In this document: in pieces, positions 10,228 through 22,700 of the stretch | Layout: each line of letters opens with the position of its first letter | How positions within the stretch are numbered: the stretch's first letter is position 1 | IMG/VR virus record: IMGVR_UViG_3300008113_000033 | Location: 8,943 to 72,942 of that record | Reading direction: 5' to 3' (one strand) | Length of the DNA stretch: 64,000 nucleotides | Source of the DNA: a virus | Position numbers and translations under genes: made by a program | The notes under the pieces: generated by a model | The model's input: only the letters and a program-made list of their open reading frames with translations | The model's database searches: none | What the model was told of the DNA's origin: nothing

Positions 10228-13200
10228 TGGCAGATAATATTACAATTGTAGGTAACGTAAATAGTATTCAACGTATATCTCGATTTAAAACAACAGATAC
10301 AAATTTATTATCTATTAATGAACTCCCACAAAATTTTGGGCGTAAAGGAGATTTTATTGAATTTTTTGTTTATGATGATAATAATAATTTAATTGCATTA
10401 GATTACGATTATACTGATTATAAATTACCAACTAATCAATTTCTATATAATGATAATACTCTTCCTGAAATACAAATAGATCCAACTTTAGATATTGAAA
10501 ACTCAGGATTTAATAATGGAAATTTTAAATCACAATATAGTTTTTTTAGAAGAAAATTTTCAGAATCTAATATTGATTTATTTATAAGTGAAATTTCTGA
10601 AGATAGAACAGAAATAAGAGTAAACTCTGTTAATCTATCTTCCTCAGATTTAGTCAAAGAAGCTCAAAATTTAATTAATGAATTTACTTCAGTTTCATAT
10701 CAAAAATATTATATAGCAAATTTTTTTGATGATATTCAACAAACAATAATTAATGTTGCTATTGATAATACTACTGATACTCCTTCGGTATTATTTAAAT
10801 TATATGAGCCTTTATCATCAGAAATATTAGAAAAATCTACATTATGGGTTACAGAAGAAATCACTGAGCCTTATGTATTTAGTATTAATTTAGATGTAAT
10901 AGTAATACCTGATCCTCTTCCACAACTAAGAGGACCTAATTTTGATATTGAAATAGATATAAAACAAAATTTATCTACTGGTTATCAAACTTATTCATCT
11001 TTAGTATCATCTTTAACTGGATCTTCATATCATAAAGTTTTAAATTTTATGAATGATAATTCATATGATTTAAATACCGATTATACTTCATTTAATAATT
11101 TTATTCATTTTAGTTCAGCTAAAAAACGTTTAGAAATATTTTATGATAAAGCTAAACAAATTGAAGATTATAATAATGATATTACAACACTTGTAAATTC
11201 AACTTCATTATTAAAAAATACTGAAACCGCATCTATTAAATTAAAAATAGATAATATATTTAAACATTTTGATGGTTTTGAAAATTATTTATACTATGAA
11301 TCTTCTTCATATGCTTGGCCTAAATCTGGAAGTAATAAACCATATGTTTTATTATCTACTGGATCATCTATAACTAAACTTTGGTATAATAATTATACTT
11401 CTTCTGCTATTACGTATGATTATAATAATCTAGATCATCTATATAATACTATCCCAGAATATATTAAAAATGATCCTGATAATTACCAACCATATTTTAA
11501 TTTTATAGATATGATTGGTCATTATTTTGATAATATATGGATTTATATTACATCAATTAATGAATTATATAATGCAGATAATAATCTTGAAAAGGGTGTT
11601 TCTAAAGACTTAGTTTATGATGCTTTAAAATCCTTAGGTGTTAGTTTATATAATAGTAAAGGAGATAATCAATTTGATAATTATATAACTGGTTTAAACA
11701 GTGGTAGTATATTATTTACTAATGATTTTTCTTTAACTAGTAGTTTTTTAAATAATATCCCTAAAAAAGATTTATTAGCTGAAACATATAAGCGAATATA
11801 TCATAATTTAATTTTATTAAATAAAAGTAAAGGTACATCTGTTGGTTTACAAAATTTAATTACTACTTTTGGTATTACAAGTAGTATATTTGAACCAAAA
11901 GAATTTGGTGGTTCAACTAAAATAAATGAACTTAAAGGATATGATAATGATAAAATAACGATTCAAAATAATACTATTGACGGTAATGTTTTATCTCCAT
12001 TTATATCTTTACAAAATCCTATATCATCGTCATCAGAATTTACTTCAACAGATTTACATTTTGTTGATTTATCATTTAGTCCTCAAAACCAACTAAATTC
12101 TAGAATATCAGCTTCAGTTGCAATAACCTCTCCTACATTTTCATTAGATGATTATATTGGTGATCCTAGATTAATGGAATCTTCATCTTATGATTTATTA
12201 ATTGAACAACAATATTATTTTACATCAGCCAGTGCTGCTATTTCTGGTAGTATAAAACGTTTAGATTATAAAGGATTTATTGGGTTAGTAAAATATTTTG
12301 ATAATAGTTTATTTAAAATGTTAAAAGATTTTGTACCTGCACGAACAAATACATTAACAGGTGTAACAATAAAATCTCCCGTACTTGAACGTAATAAAAT
12401 AAAATTATATAATCCAAAAGTCACAGAAGAAACAATACACGAAGCTAATTATATGGTTCCTGTACTTTCTGAAGATAAAGATTATTATTATGATATACTA
12501 CCTGGAAATAAATCCCAATTTTATACCGGAGAACTATCAGGTTCATATGCTAATATAAATGATACTTTTGAAAACTCTAACCCAAACCCATATTTACAAC
12601 CTACAGAATCTATTAATTTAAATAATTTTAATCATAGTGATTTTAATGTTACTTTAAATAATATATCATCTAGTGTAGTATCAAATTCTAAATTTAAAAT
12701 TGAAAAACTATATACATTATCAAATAATAAAATATTTCAATCTACTTCATCTACAGAATATATATCTAATGCTGAATTACAAGATAGTTATGATACATTA
12801 TTAGGCCATCAACGTTCTCGTTATGATGGTTCTAAATTATCTAGTATAACATATAATAATTATACATCAGCTTCTGCTAATTATAGTGGGGATACATCAT
12901 ATGGTAAAACAGCAGCTATTGATCATAATACAGGTAAAATTGGTATATTTACTCAAATAAATGATACCAATAATTTGTTTGATGTACCTCTTAGATCTAA
13001 TGTGTCTTTAAAATATTTAGTTGATGTAGATGGTAATTTAACAGAATTAAATAAAAAGAATAAACGTTGGAATGAAATACAGAATACATTTAAAGCGGGT
13101 CAAACAGCTACAGTAGCTTTATTTGATAACCAAAAATATTCCGATCAAAAGAAAACAGATGGTGTAAAATTAATATATAGTAGTGGATATTCATATTTTC

Positions 13201-14693
13201 CTATGATATATGCTGCTAGTTCTGCTGATGATAAATTATTTTTTAATTATACTGGAGATAGTATATCTAAAATATTTAAAATAAATACTGTTGGTGGATT
13301 TATAATTGGTTCCCCAACTTTAACATATCCATTAGTAGGAGGAAAAGGATATAAATTATTTAATAAAACAAATGATCCAAACTCCCCGGGACCCGATTCA
13401 CCAAATGCAAGTAATTCAGAAGGTAATGCTTATTATTCTACTAATGGAGCTAATACATTTTCTACATACAGTATACAAGAAACAGGTAAGCAAAGATTCA
13501 ATGCTAAATTTGATATTAATGTAACATTTAATGAAACTAATCAAAGTGGATCATTTACATTTAAAATCAATAAAGTAGGTACTGCTACCCCATTAAGAGA
13601 ACTAAGTATAGCAGTAACTTCTTCATATCAATCTACCCAATATACAGATCTTTTATTTGCTGCTAAAACAAGTACTACTATGGTAACAACTGCTCCAACA
13701 AAAGTATATAATACAAATGGAACATTTGTTAAAATTTTACAACCAACTTTATTACATAAGATAATTCCATACCAATATGTTGATGGATGTTATGGTCAAG
13801 GATCATTTGCTAGAGGATTATGGGTTGAAACTCCTTATTTTGATTCAATACTTGACCCATATTATGATATACCATCTGGTAATTTTTGTAGTAATATATA
13901 TGCTTTACCATCATTTAATAGATTTTTATATGAACTCCCTGAAAATAATTTATCACAAACTTTATCTTTCAATGTGTTAACCCCAGAACAAACATTTACA
14001 TTAAATGATAAAATAACATTTGAATTTAGTGCTGGAGGTAGTGCCGGAGAATTTTCAACACCTAATTATACTGCTTCTATAAGTAGTGGAGGTGTATTTT
14101 TTAATCAATTAAGTACCAACCAAGTAGGAAGTTATCCATATGTTGAAAATATTCCAACCCCATTTATTTCAGGTTCAATAGGGATTAATACTATTGCATT
14201 TAGTAGTGAATTAAGTTCATTAAAAGATTATCAATTTGTTCCTAGTGGAAGTGGTATTCCATTTAGTGACCAAAATTCACTGTGGGGTAAATATGGGGAT
14301 ATAGATTATACTTTTTCTCCTAGTGTGGGAGATATTATGTTTATTTATTATGGGGGTACTGGAAATTTTTTCGAATCTAATATTACTGCGGTAACATCGT
14401 CAAACGGAAATCTTTTAATAAGTTTATCCCCAGATTTACCTAGTGGTTTACGATTGACATCATATGTAAATACTCCATCTCCCACAGTAGATAAATTTTT
14501 AATATTAAAAAAAGTAAATGATGAAACTAATGTAGTACTTACATTTCATAAACCTGATAATCCTACATCTTTAGGATTTTTAATTCCTGAAAATATTCAT
14601 CCGGATGTTTTAAATAATATAGATGTAATAACTAAAGAAATTAAACAAAAATTAATTGATCAAGGATCATTAACTAGTGGAGGTTCATTTTAA
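10227..14693 (+). CDS. large baseplate wedge/structural protein (gp7-like position)
   Basis: 1488 aa; RIYHNL..L.KSKGT..GL.NL...FG and MLKDFVPAR motifs typical of wedge proteins; ends in GGSF. Confidence 0.65.
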   Translation: MADNITIVGNVNSIQRISRFKTTDTNLLSINELPQNFGRKGDFIEFFVYDDNNNLIALDYDYTDYKLPTNQFLYNDNTLPEIQIDPTLDIENSGFNNGNFKSQYSFFRRKFSESNIDLFISEISEDRTEIRVNSVNLSSSDLVKEAQNLINEFTSVSYQKYYIANFFDDIQQTIINVAIDNTTDTPSVLFKLYEPLSSEILEKSTLWVTEEITEPYVFSINLDVIVIPDPLPQLRGPNFDIEIDIKQNLSTGYQTYSSLVSSLTGSSYHKVLNFMNDNSYDLNTDYTSFNNFIHFSSAKKRLEIFYDKAKQIEDYNNDITTLVNSTSLLKNTETASIKLKIDNIFKHFDGFENYLYYESSSYAWPKSGSNKPYVLLSTGSSITKLWYNNYTSSAITYDYNNLDHLYNTIPEYIKNDPDNYQPYFNFIDMIGHYFDNIWIYITSINELYNADNNLEKGVSKDLVYDALKSLGVSLYNSKGDNQFDNYITGLNSGSILFTNDFSLTSSFLNNIPKKDLLAETYKRIYHNLILLNKSKGTSVGLQNLITTFGITSSIFEPKEFGGSTKINELKGYDNDKITIQNNTIDGNVLSPFISLQNPISSSSEFTSTDLHFVDLSFSPQNQLNSRISASVAITSPTFSLDDYIGDPRLMESSSYDLLIEQQYYFTSASAAISGSIKRLDYKGFIGLVKYFDNSLFKMLKDFVPARTNTLTGVTIKSPVLERNKIKLYNPKVTEETIHEANYMVPVLSEDKDYYYDILPGNKSQFYTGELSGSYANINDTFENSNPNPYLQPTESINLNNFNHSDFNVTLNNISSSVVSNSKFKIEKLYTLSNNKIFQSTSSTEYISNAELQDSYDTLLGHQRSRYDGSKLSSITYNNYTSASANYSGDTSYGKTAAIDHNTGKIGIFTQINDTNNLFDVPLRSNVSLKYLVDVDGNLTELNKKNKRWNEIQNTFKAGQTATVALFDNQKYSDQKKTDGVKLIYSSGYSYFPMIYAASSADDKLFFNYTGDSISKIFKINTVGGFIIGSPTLTYPLVGGKGYKLFNKTNDPNSPGPDSPNASNSEGNAYYSTNGANTFSTYSIQETGKQRFNAKFDINVTFNETNQSGSFTFKINKVGTATPLRELSIAVTSSYQSTQYTDLLFAAKTSTTMVTTAPTKVYNTNGTFVKILQPTLLHKIIPYQYVDGCYGQGSFARGLWVETPYFDSILDPYYDIPSGNFCSNIYALPSFNRFLYELPENNLSQTLSFNVLTPEQTFTLNDKITFEFSAGGSAGEFSTPNYTASISSGGVFFNQLSTNQVGSYPYVENIPTPFISGSIGINTIAFSSELSSLKDYQFVPSGSGIPFSDQNSLWGKYGDIDYTFSPSVGDIMFIYYGGTGNFFESNITAVTSSNGNLLISLSPDLPSGLRLTSYVNTPSPTVDKFLILKKVNDETNVVLTFHKPDNPTSLGFLIPENIHPDVLNNIDVITKEIKQKLIDQGSLTSGGSF

Positions 14694-14744
14694 TTAAAAA
14701 AATTATAAAATATATATATTTATACCAAAATAACAGATTAAATT

Positions 14745-15407
14745 ATGGCAATTCTAAATAACACTACAGTAACCGTAGATGCTATACTAACAAAAAAAGG
14801 ACGTGAATTACTAGCAAGAAATGATGGTTCTTTTCAAATTACTCAATTTTCACTAGCTGATGATGAAATAGATTATACTTTATATAATCCAACTCATCCA
14901 TCTGGTTCTGCTTTTTATGGAGAAGCTATTGAAAATATGCCAATGCTAGAAGCATTTCCTGATGAAGCTCAAATTATGAGATATAAATTGGTTACTTTAC
15001 CTCGAGGTACTTCAAAATTACCTGTTATTTCTTTAGGTTACAATGTAATTTCATTACGTCAAGGAGCTACATTAACCATTACTCCACAAACATTAAATTA
15101 TTTAGGAGCTACCTCAACATTTGAAGCTAATGGTTATACAGCAACTATTTCCGATATTAGATTAATGTCGGCATTTAATGGATCTGGTATTACATCTGCA
15201 ACTACAACAACAGACGCTAATACAACTACAGGTACTAAATTAAGTAAATCAGTTCTTGGAACATCATTTACTTTAACAGGTACTACAATTAATACTTTAT
15301 TTGGTACTACAACATCTCAATTATCAACTACAATAACTGTAATTGGTAGAGATTCAGGTGCTAGAATAACAATTCCAGTAAACATAATTAAAGTAAACAA
15401 CATATAA
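14745..15407 (+). CDS. putative baseplate/structural protein
   Basis: VDAILTKKGRELLA...ITQFSLADDEIDY, resembling baseplate/fibre-attachment N-terminal domains; ATATTTAT upstream. Confidence 0.65.
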   Translation: MAILNNTTVTVDAILTKKGRELLARNDGSFQITQFSLADDEIDYTLYNPTHPSGSAFYGEAIENMPMLEAFPDEAQIMRYKLVTLPRGTSKLPVISLGYNVISLRQGATLTITPQTLNYLGATSTFEANGYTATISDIRLMSAFNGSGITSATTTTDANTTTGTKLSKSVLGTSFTLTGTTINTLFGTTTSQLSTTITVIGRDSGARITIPVNIIKVNNI

Positions 15408-15408
15408 T

Positions 15409-16401
15409 ATGTCCTTTATAAGATATAATACTGATGACTCAGTAATTAGTTCAGAAACAGTAGTAAGAGGGGCTTGGATTAACGACGCTGCTAATCTAAC
15501 AACATTTTTTACTTCTAGTTTAATTAGTAGCTCTTATTACTTAAATGTATTTAATGCAGCAACTACTTCTTCTCTTCAATTTGCTATTCAATATGGGCAT
15601 ATTAGTGGAAGTGGTTCAACAGCTATTAATTCATCAGTAATAGATAGAACCCCATCACGTGTAACTTATGGACAATATAGAAGTTTAATTTATAATGATG
15701 AAAATTCTTCATTTAATTTTGGAGGGGTATCTTCAGAACATTTCTTTGCAATTAATATTGCTCGTTCACGTTTTAAAGAATCAATTAAACCAGGTTCATT
15801 AACATTAAGACTATCAGGATCTGTTAATATATCATTAACAGATGATAGTATAGTAAGTGGTTCTGTAACTAACTTTATTGGTTCAAATCGTTACTATACA
15901 TTAATTTCCGGTAGTGCAGGAACTGCTGCTCCTATTTCATTAGCTGGAGCAAGTGGAAGTTATGGTTTATTATTCCCAGATTTAGGTACTATTATATTAA
16001 ATGCAAGAGCTTTAGCTTTACCATCCGCAAACGGAGGAATTTCACTAAATTCAAATACAGGAAGTGGAGTTGCTGGTAACCCAAACAATACAGCATTATT
16101 CAGAGCTATAAGTGGGTCAGGAGCTTCTTTATTTACTCTTCAATCCCAAGAAACCGTGTCTTCACGTTATTTCTTTACTCGCGTTAAAAATAGTGATTTT
16201 AATTATACAACAAACCCATCTATTATAAATGTTAGTGGAAGTTTATTATATGACACATTAATTGATAATCCACAAACATACGTTACAACAGTAGGTATGT
16301 ATAATGATAATAATGAATTACTAGCAGTAGCTAAATTGTCTCGCCCGTTAATTAAAGACTTTACAAAAGAAGCTTTAATTAGAATTAAATTAGACTATTA
16401 A
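15409..16401 (+). CDS. putative baseplate/structural protein
   Basis: C-terminal FNYTTNPS..TYVTTVGMYNDNNELLAVAKLS.P domain, paralogous to 25018-25332. Confidence 0.65.
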   Translation: MSFIRYNTDDSVISSETVVRGAWINDAANLTTFFTSSLISSSYYLNVFNAATTSSLQFAIQYGHISGSGSTAINSSVIDRTPSRVTYGQYRSLIYNDENSSFNFGGVSSEHFFAINIARSRFKESIKPGSLTLRLSGSVNISLTDDSIVSGSVTNFIGSNRYYTLISGSAGTAAPISLAGASGSYGLLFPDLGTIILNARALALPSANGGISLNSNTGSGVAGNPNNTALFRAISGSGASLFTLQSQETVSSRYFFTRVKNSDFNYTTNPSIINVSGSLLYDTLIDNPQTYVTTVGMYNDNNELLAVAKLSRPLIKDFTKEALIRIKLDY

Positions 16402-16412
16402 AAATATTATAA

Positions 16413-17738
16413 ATGGCTTCATTTAAAAGATTAAAACGATCGGATGTAATATCCGTTCCGTATGTAGCCAATAAAAATTGGGTTTTTGAATATTGTCCCT
16501 ATCCTGAAAACGATCAAAATATAAGAATATATAAAGGAACTAATTTATCTGGTTCCTTTTCAACATATCTTGATCCTATTACTGAGGGGCAATATGAAAG
16601 ATTAATCTATTCTCAAGTTAACCATTTATTTTATCAAGAATATTCATCTAGTGTTGAATTACTTAACACTAGTTCATTATTATCTTCAGCATATTATAGT
16701 GGAATCTCCGAAGATAGAGCAACTGGTTCTTATTTTGATTATAATGATAACCCAAATTTAATCAAAAATTTCCCTACAGGGGCTAATGCTGGTATTCGTG
16801 TATTATCTATAAATCAAGATATATACGGTCAACGTGTATTACCTTATTATTTTGAATTATCATCATCTGTTTATTATGTTAAAGATGATGGTATAGGTAA
16901 TTTAATTGATCTAAAAAATTCTAATACTCATATAGGTAATATATTCTATGCCCAAGGTATGGCTATTATAACACATCAAGATTATCAATTGATGTGGCCT
17001 TTACCTCCATTAGCAAAATATAAAAGAATTACATTTTTTGATACTGATTCTAATAAAACAGTAGATTTAAGTGATAGTATTGATGGAAGAGGAAATACAG
17101 TTGATTTATCAACTTTATCTATTTCTGGCCCTTATGCTCATTTATGTTCAGTAAACTCAAGTGGTTTTCTTACTTTAAACACAACCATTCCAGGAGTTTA
17201 TGTTATTAATTTTACTTTTAATGCTACTGTTCCTAACTCCCAATGTACTGATACTAATTTAAAAAGTAATAACGGTATTTTAGAAATAATTGTAATAGGA
17301 AATTGTGGATTTAATGCTAGTGTAGTTGAATTACCAACAGCTACTCCTACAGCTACTCCAACTTCAACACCAACATCTACCCCATTAATTACCCCTACTC
17401 CAACTAATACACCTACTAATACCCCAACAGGTACTGTATTAGGAGCAACTCCAACTCAAACCCCAACTAATACTCCTACACAAACCCCAACTCAAACTCC
17501 AACTAATACACCCACAGCTACCCCTACAGCAACTCCAATATGTATAAATTTTAGAGTTGAAAATAGAGATACTACTAGTACAGATACTGTACGGTATAAC
17601 AGTTGTGGAGGTGGATATAATACGATTGTTCTTAACCCTGGAGATATTATTAACATATGTGCTGATATAACATCATTATATCCTTCAGATTTCGCAGGAT
17701 ATTTAACTATAACTTATTTAGGAAGTGTTTGTACATAA
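16413..17738 (+). CDS. structural protein with Pro/Thr-rich linker and C-terminal Cys module
   Basis: N-half resembles 15409-16401; TPTx repeats at about 17333-17540; C-terminal domain with four Cys. Confidence 0.75.
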   Translation: MASFKRLKRSDVISVPYVANKNWVFEYCPYPENDQNIRIYKGTNLSGSFSTYLDPITEGQYERLIYSQVNHLFYQEYSSSVELLNTSSLLSSAYYSGISEDRATGSYFDYNDNPNLIKNFPTGANAGIRVLSINQDIYGQRVLPYYFELSSSVYYVKDDGIGNLIDLKNSNTHIGNIFYAQGMAIITHQDYQLMWPLPPLAKYKRITFFDTDSNKTVDLSDSIDGRGNTVDLSTLSISGPYAHLCSVNSSGFLTLNTTIPGVYVINFTFNATVPNSQCTDTNLKSNNGILEIIVIGNCGFNASVVELPTATPTATPTSTPTSTPLITPTPTNTPTNTPTGTVLGATPTQTPTNTPTQTPTQTPTNTPTATPTATPICINFRVENRDTTSTDTVRYNSCGGGYNTIVLNPGDIINICADITSLYPSDFAGYLTITYLGSVCT

Positions 17739-17747
17739 TATATTTAG

Positions 17748-19754
17748 ATGAAACGTTTTAGAGTAACTATTACTGAAGATTATAATTCTGGCCCTTTTAA
17801 CATTTATTATGCTAATAGTGCTGGGGTATATATTGCTACTTTAGAAACAGGAGGAGATGCATCAAATATAGATAAATCATTATTCCCATTAAATATATTT
17901 ACGGCTGATGATATAAATAGGATTGATGTTGTTAATTTAAAAGATGGATGTAATAATGTAGTTAGTAGAGATTTTTATATTCCTACTGCTACTCCTACTT
18001 CAACCCCAACTCAAACTCCTTCATCAACTCCTACATCAACCCCTACTTCTACACCAACTCAAACTCCAACAGTTTCACCTACAGCTACTAAAACAGCTAC
18101 TCCAACAGCTACTCCATCTAATACACCAACTCAAACACCAACAGGTACTATATTAGGAGCTACTCCTACTAACACTCCAACTCAAACCCCTACTAATACC
18201 CCTACAGGTACTCCTACAGCAACACCTACACAAACTCCAACAATAACTCCAACATCAACTCCAACTGCTACTCAAACATCAACAGCAACACCTACTTCTA
18301 CCCCTACTAATACCCCAACTAATACCCCTACAGCAACTGGAACACCTACGAATACTCCAACAGAGACACCTACAAATACACCAACAAATAGTTCAACAGC
18401 TACACCAACAGCTACCCCTACAGCTACTCCAACACGTACACCAACTCAAACCCCTACAGCTACTCCATTTACACCTACTCCAACAAACACCCCAACATCT
18501 ACCCCTACTCAAACTCCATCTAATACTCCAACTCAAACACCTACCAATACTCCAACACAAACTCCAACTGTTACTCCAACTGCTACTCAAACAGCTACTA
18601 CTACTCCAACAGCTACACCAACTGCTACTGGGACATCTACTGCTACTCCAACACAAACTCCAACTACTACCCCAACAGCTACTGGAACATCTACTGCAAC
18701 ACCTACTCAAACACCCACAGCTACACCTACTGCTACGGGAACTGCTACTGCAACCCCAACTCAATCTCCTACAGCTACCCCAACAGTTACACCAACTGCT
18801 ACTGGGACATTAACTGCAACTCCAACAGCAACTCCTACAGCTACAGGAACCCCAACTCCAACAGCTACTCCAACAGGTACAATACCTCCTACTCCAACAG
18901 CTACTCCCACAATCCCTCCATCACTTAATATTCCAAGTTTAACACTTGATTGTAATATTGGAACAATGGCTGTAACAGCATCATATGGAACTCGTCCATA
19001 TCAATTTAGTGCTGATGGTGGATCTACATATTTTGAAGCCCCAGCTTCAGGTAGTAGTTATTTATTTACTGGATTATCTGGTATTATAAATCCATGGGTT
19101 AGAGATGTAACAGGAAATATATATAGATATGAACAACTTGATTGTGGTCCTCTTAATGTAACATTTATACCATCTTACTTAACATCTAACGCATCTGGTC
19201 AAATTTTATCTCCTGATACTACTTACTACAGAGATGCTTTCCAAGTACAAAGTTCAAAAGGCGCTACAATAAGTGTTTCCGGAATACCCGATGCTGGGAC
19301 TAGTACTAGTTTTATAGGATGGTCTTATTATCCATCTAATATACCTAATCCGGTCATTACAGCAAATACAAATTATACTCATACTGTGAAAGGTAATGAT
19401 TATATATACGCTATATTTAAAGATACAACAGTTACTGCAATTCCATTCTGTTTTGCTTTATCATTAAACAATACATTAACTGATAGTGAATTAGCTTGGT
19501 TCTGTGAAGCTTGTAGAACTCCAACAAATGTATTCTTTAGTACTCCAGCATTAGCAGCGGTAGGTAACGATCCGTCAAGATTAACAACATGGTATAAAGA
19601 CTCAGGATTAACAACCCCAGTAGATAATGGATTCTATAAACAACAATCATCACCACTTGGATCTACTATATTTATATTAAATAATGGTGCTCCATCAGAA
19701 TATGCTAAAGTTTGTGATTCATCAATAATAGAAAAAGCCCCAGCTTTTTGTTAA
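17748..19754 (+). CDS. mucin-like Pro/Thr-repeat adhesin-like virion protein
   Basis: About 310 aa of TPT(A/N/Q/S) repeats followed by an SprB-like segment ([17 protein letters not shown]). Confidence 0.75.
   Translation: MKRFRVTITEDYNSGPFNIYYANSAGVYIATLETGGDASNIDKSLFPLNIFTADDINRIDVVNLKDGCNNVVSRDFYIPTATPTSTPTQTPSSTPTSTPTSTPTQTPTVSPTATKTATPTATPSNTPTQTPTGTILGATPTNTPTQTPTNTPTGTPTATPTQTPTITPTSTPTATQTSTATPTSTPTNTPTNTPTATGTPTNTPTETPTNTPTNSSTATPTATPTATPTRTPTQTPTATPFTPTPTNTPTSTPTQTPSNTPTQTPTNTPTQTPTVTPTATQTATTTPTATPTATGTSTATPTQTPTTTPTATGTSTATPTQTPTATPTATGTATATPTQSPTATPTVTPTATGTLTATPTATPTATGTPTPTATPTGTIPPTPTATPTIPPSLNIPSLTLDCNIGTMAVTASYGTRPYQFSADGGSTYFEAPASGSSYLFTGLSGIINPWVRDVTGNIYRYEQLDCGPLNVTFIPSYLTSNASGQILSPDTTYYRDAFQVQSSKGATISVSGIPDAGTSTSFIGWSYYPSNIPNPVITANTNYTHTVKGNDYIYAIFKDTTVTAIPFCFALSLNNTLTDSELAWFCEACRTPTNVFFSTPALAAVGNDPSRLTTWYKDSGLTTPVDNGFYKQQSSPLGSTIFILNNGAPSEYAKVCDSSIIEKAPAFC
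17980..18920 (+). repeat. degenerate 12-nt (TPTx) coding tandem repeats
   Basis: ACWCCWACW-type period throughout; C/A-rich plus strand. Confidence 0.9.
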
Positions 19755-19769
19755 TAAAAAAATAAAAAA

Positions 19770-22700
19770 ATGCCATTAAGTTATTCGACAACTATTTCTT
19801 ATTTAAGTTCAGATTTTAGTTTTGCTAATGCTAAAGCCATTAATGGAACTAATAAATATAATAATAAGAAAAAAGAATTAGTAGTCACTTCAGGAGCTGC
19901 TACTTATGGATATGTTAAACTTCAAGTAACTCTTACTGGTAGTAATATTACATATGGTGCTGTTACTTTTTCTACATCTAATGGATCTCCTATATCAATA
20001 GGTCAAAATTTAGATGATATTTTCTATCCGTGTAGTTTAGGTAGTCCTAATGGGTATGAAATTCCTTTACAAGTTGGAATTCCTAAAACAATATATGTTA
20101 TTGTTAATTCTAATTCAAAAAAAACAACTAAAAAAATAAATGTTGTAACTGCTGTTGGAGTAAATACTGCAGCTTCTGTATCAATTGATATTCAATATGA
20201 TTGTATAGTACCGTTATATGAATATTCTGCTGGTGTGCATGTATATTCTCCATATGATGCTGCTAATGCATCTAAATTAACAGCTAAACTATATTCTAAA
20301 ATACAAATAGGCTCAGGAGATAGTAATCCATTCCCAGTAAATCATAAATTATGGGCTTTACCTGATTTTAGTCATCCAGCATATCCATATTATTATTTAA
20401 TTTCAGGTAATAATAATGTTATTAAAGTCGGAGGCCCATATGATAGAACCTTTGGTTTTAAAACTTATTATAAAGTAACTCATAGTGCGTGGAATAATCT
20501 TTGGGGGAAGAAACCTAAAATAGATGTAATAGAAGAAGGTCCTCAAAGTTATGAAGGTCTTACTGGTTTTCCATCATGTATAAATATGATGTTAACTGAT
20601 ATAGGAAAAGTTAAAAGTTGGTTACATAAATCAACATACACAAAACCTACATTATATCAATTTGTTACTGGATATAGCCCCATTAATTCTCAACCATCAA
20701 ATGATGATTTTTTTGCTAAATGGGTATTTAGTAATAATCAATTTTACCCACTTACTGGCAGACGTCATAATATGATTAGATTAGCGTCTGGGTATAAAAA
20801 AGGATTTGCTTCCGATGTAGCATTTAGTAATAATTTTGAAGTATCTCATTTAGTTGCTGGTGGTATGGCTTTAGGAGCTGCTGCTTTTGCTGGAGTATTA
20901 TTAGCTAAACTATTAACATCAACTGTTGCTGCTTCAATATCAGCAGGAGCTGGTACTGCTGCTGCTGCTGCTATAGCTGCAGGATCATCTTCATCTCCAG
21001 TTGTATCAACAGCAGTTGCTAATATTATTGCTAATATAACTTCTACTCTTACAGCTGCTGGAATATCTTCAGCAGGTGCTGTTGCTGGTACGGCAATAAT
21101 TCCTGTAGCTATTTCAAGTATTCCATATGTTACTATTAACAACTTAGTTTTATATCAGGCTATAGGACAAATAAATATGTCAGCGGGTACTTCTTTTTTT
21201 GGTGCTATTTCTGATGTTGCTACTACTACTTATGTTAATATGTTAGCACCAGCTAATTTTTTAACTTCAGCTACAGCTCAAACAACTACAGCCGCATCTT
21301 CTGCTGTGTCTTCAGGAACTCAATTAACAGCTACCTCAGGTACTTCTGCAAGTTCAGGAGCTGCAGTAGCAGGAGCAGCTGCTGCTACAGTAGTTCTTAT
21401 AGTAATATTAATTATAATAGCAATTATTATAATAATTCAATTAAATGAAAAAATTGAAAGATGGATAACTGAAGAATGCAAATCCTTTATATTCCATTAT
21501 GGTCAAAACCCATATATTGAAATAGGAGATACATTACAATACAAAACAAGATTTCCATCTCTAAGTAATCCAAGAGATTATTACTTTCCAGATGATTCTT
21601 TTGGACTTTTTACCCAAACAAATAATGGATATTATTGTGATGGTGTTTATTTTTATCAACAATCTGGAGGTGTTATTACAACTAAAACATTATCATCAGC
21701 TGATACTTTAATTTCTGAGGATCCTAAAATTGTAACTGGATTTGAAGATTCATTAGATGTTTTAAATCCAACAACAATACTTGAAGTTGATAAACTTCAT
21801 TTACTACCATATGCATCGGGTAAACCAATGCAATATACAGCTTCAGTACCTATATATTTTAGTGATTATCATGAAAATATAATTAATATATATCCTAAAG
21901 GTGGATTGCAAACAAAGATTGAAACAAAAACAATGTATGTTAAAGCTAGTTCATCTTTTAGTTATACTAGTTCAGCTGCTGCAAATTCCTCATCTCTTGA
22001 TTACTTAAGTTCATCATTAATTCCTTACGTATCATCATCCCAACCTACATACTACCCATTATATCCTTCAGGATCTACACCACCAACTCCTATAAGTATA
22101 ACATCTTCATTTTTTCCATTAATACCAATAATTGTAACAGGTTCAATTAATGTAACATCTTCATTAAATGCATTTTTTACTCATGAGTTAAAAATTGAAA
22201 ATAATCCAACACCAGTTAGTATATTTTATGATAATACTAGTAGTATTAGTGCAAGTATAGGAAAGAAATTATATTACGATGATTATGGTTATTTTGGTGC
22301 TTTAGATGGATATTACTCAGTTTCAGGTTCAGAAGTCCCAGGATCATCAGATTATAGAGTTTTCTTTAAAACTAGTAAAGGGGTAATAGATAATATATAT
22401 CGTATGCCTTTATCAAGCAGTACAACTGTTACTGATCAAGCAAGTAGTTCTTATTCATTAGTTACTAATTATCTTGATTATTCAAGTAACTGGTATTTAA
22501 TAAATAACGATATTGATCTATTAAACACAGATTATGCTAACATTATCAGTTATAGTTCTATGGGGCAGATGTACCCAGAATATATAACATCTAGTTCTCT
22601 TTATAGTTCTAATGATATGCATCAATTAGTTTCTAGAAGAGGATTTATATCAGGAAGTATGACTGGTACTGGTTCATGTAATAATAATTTTTATTTGTAT

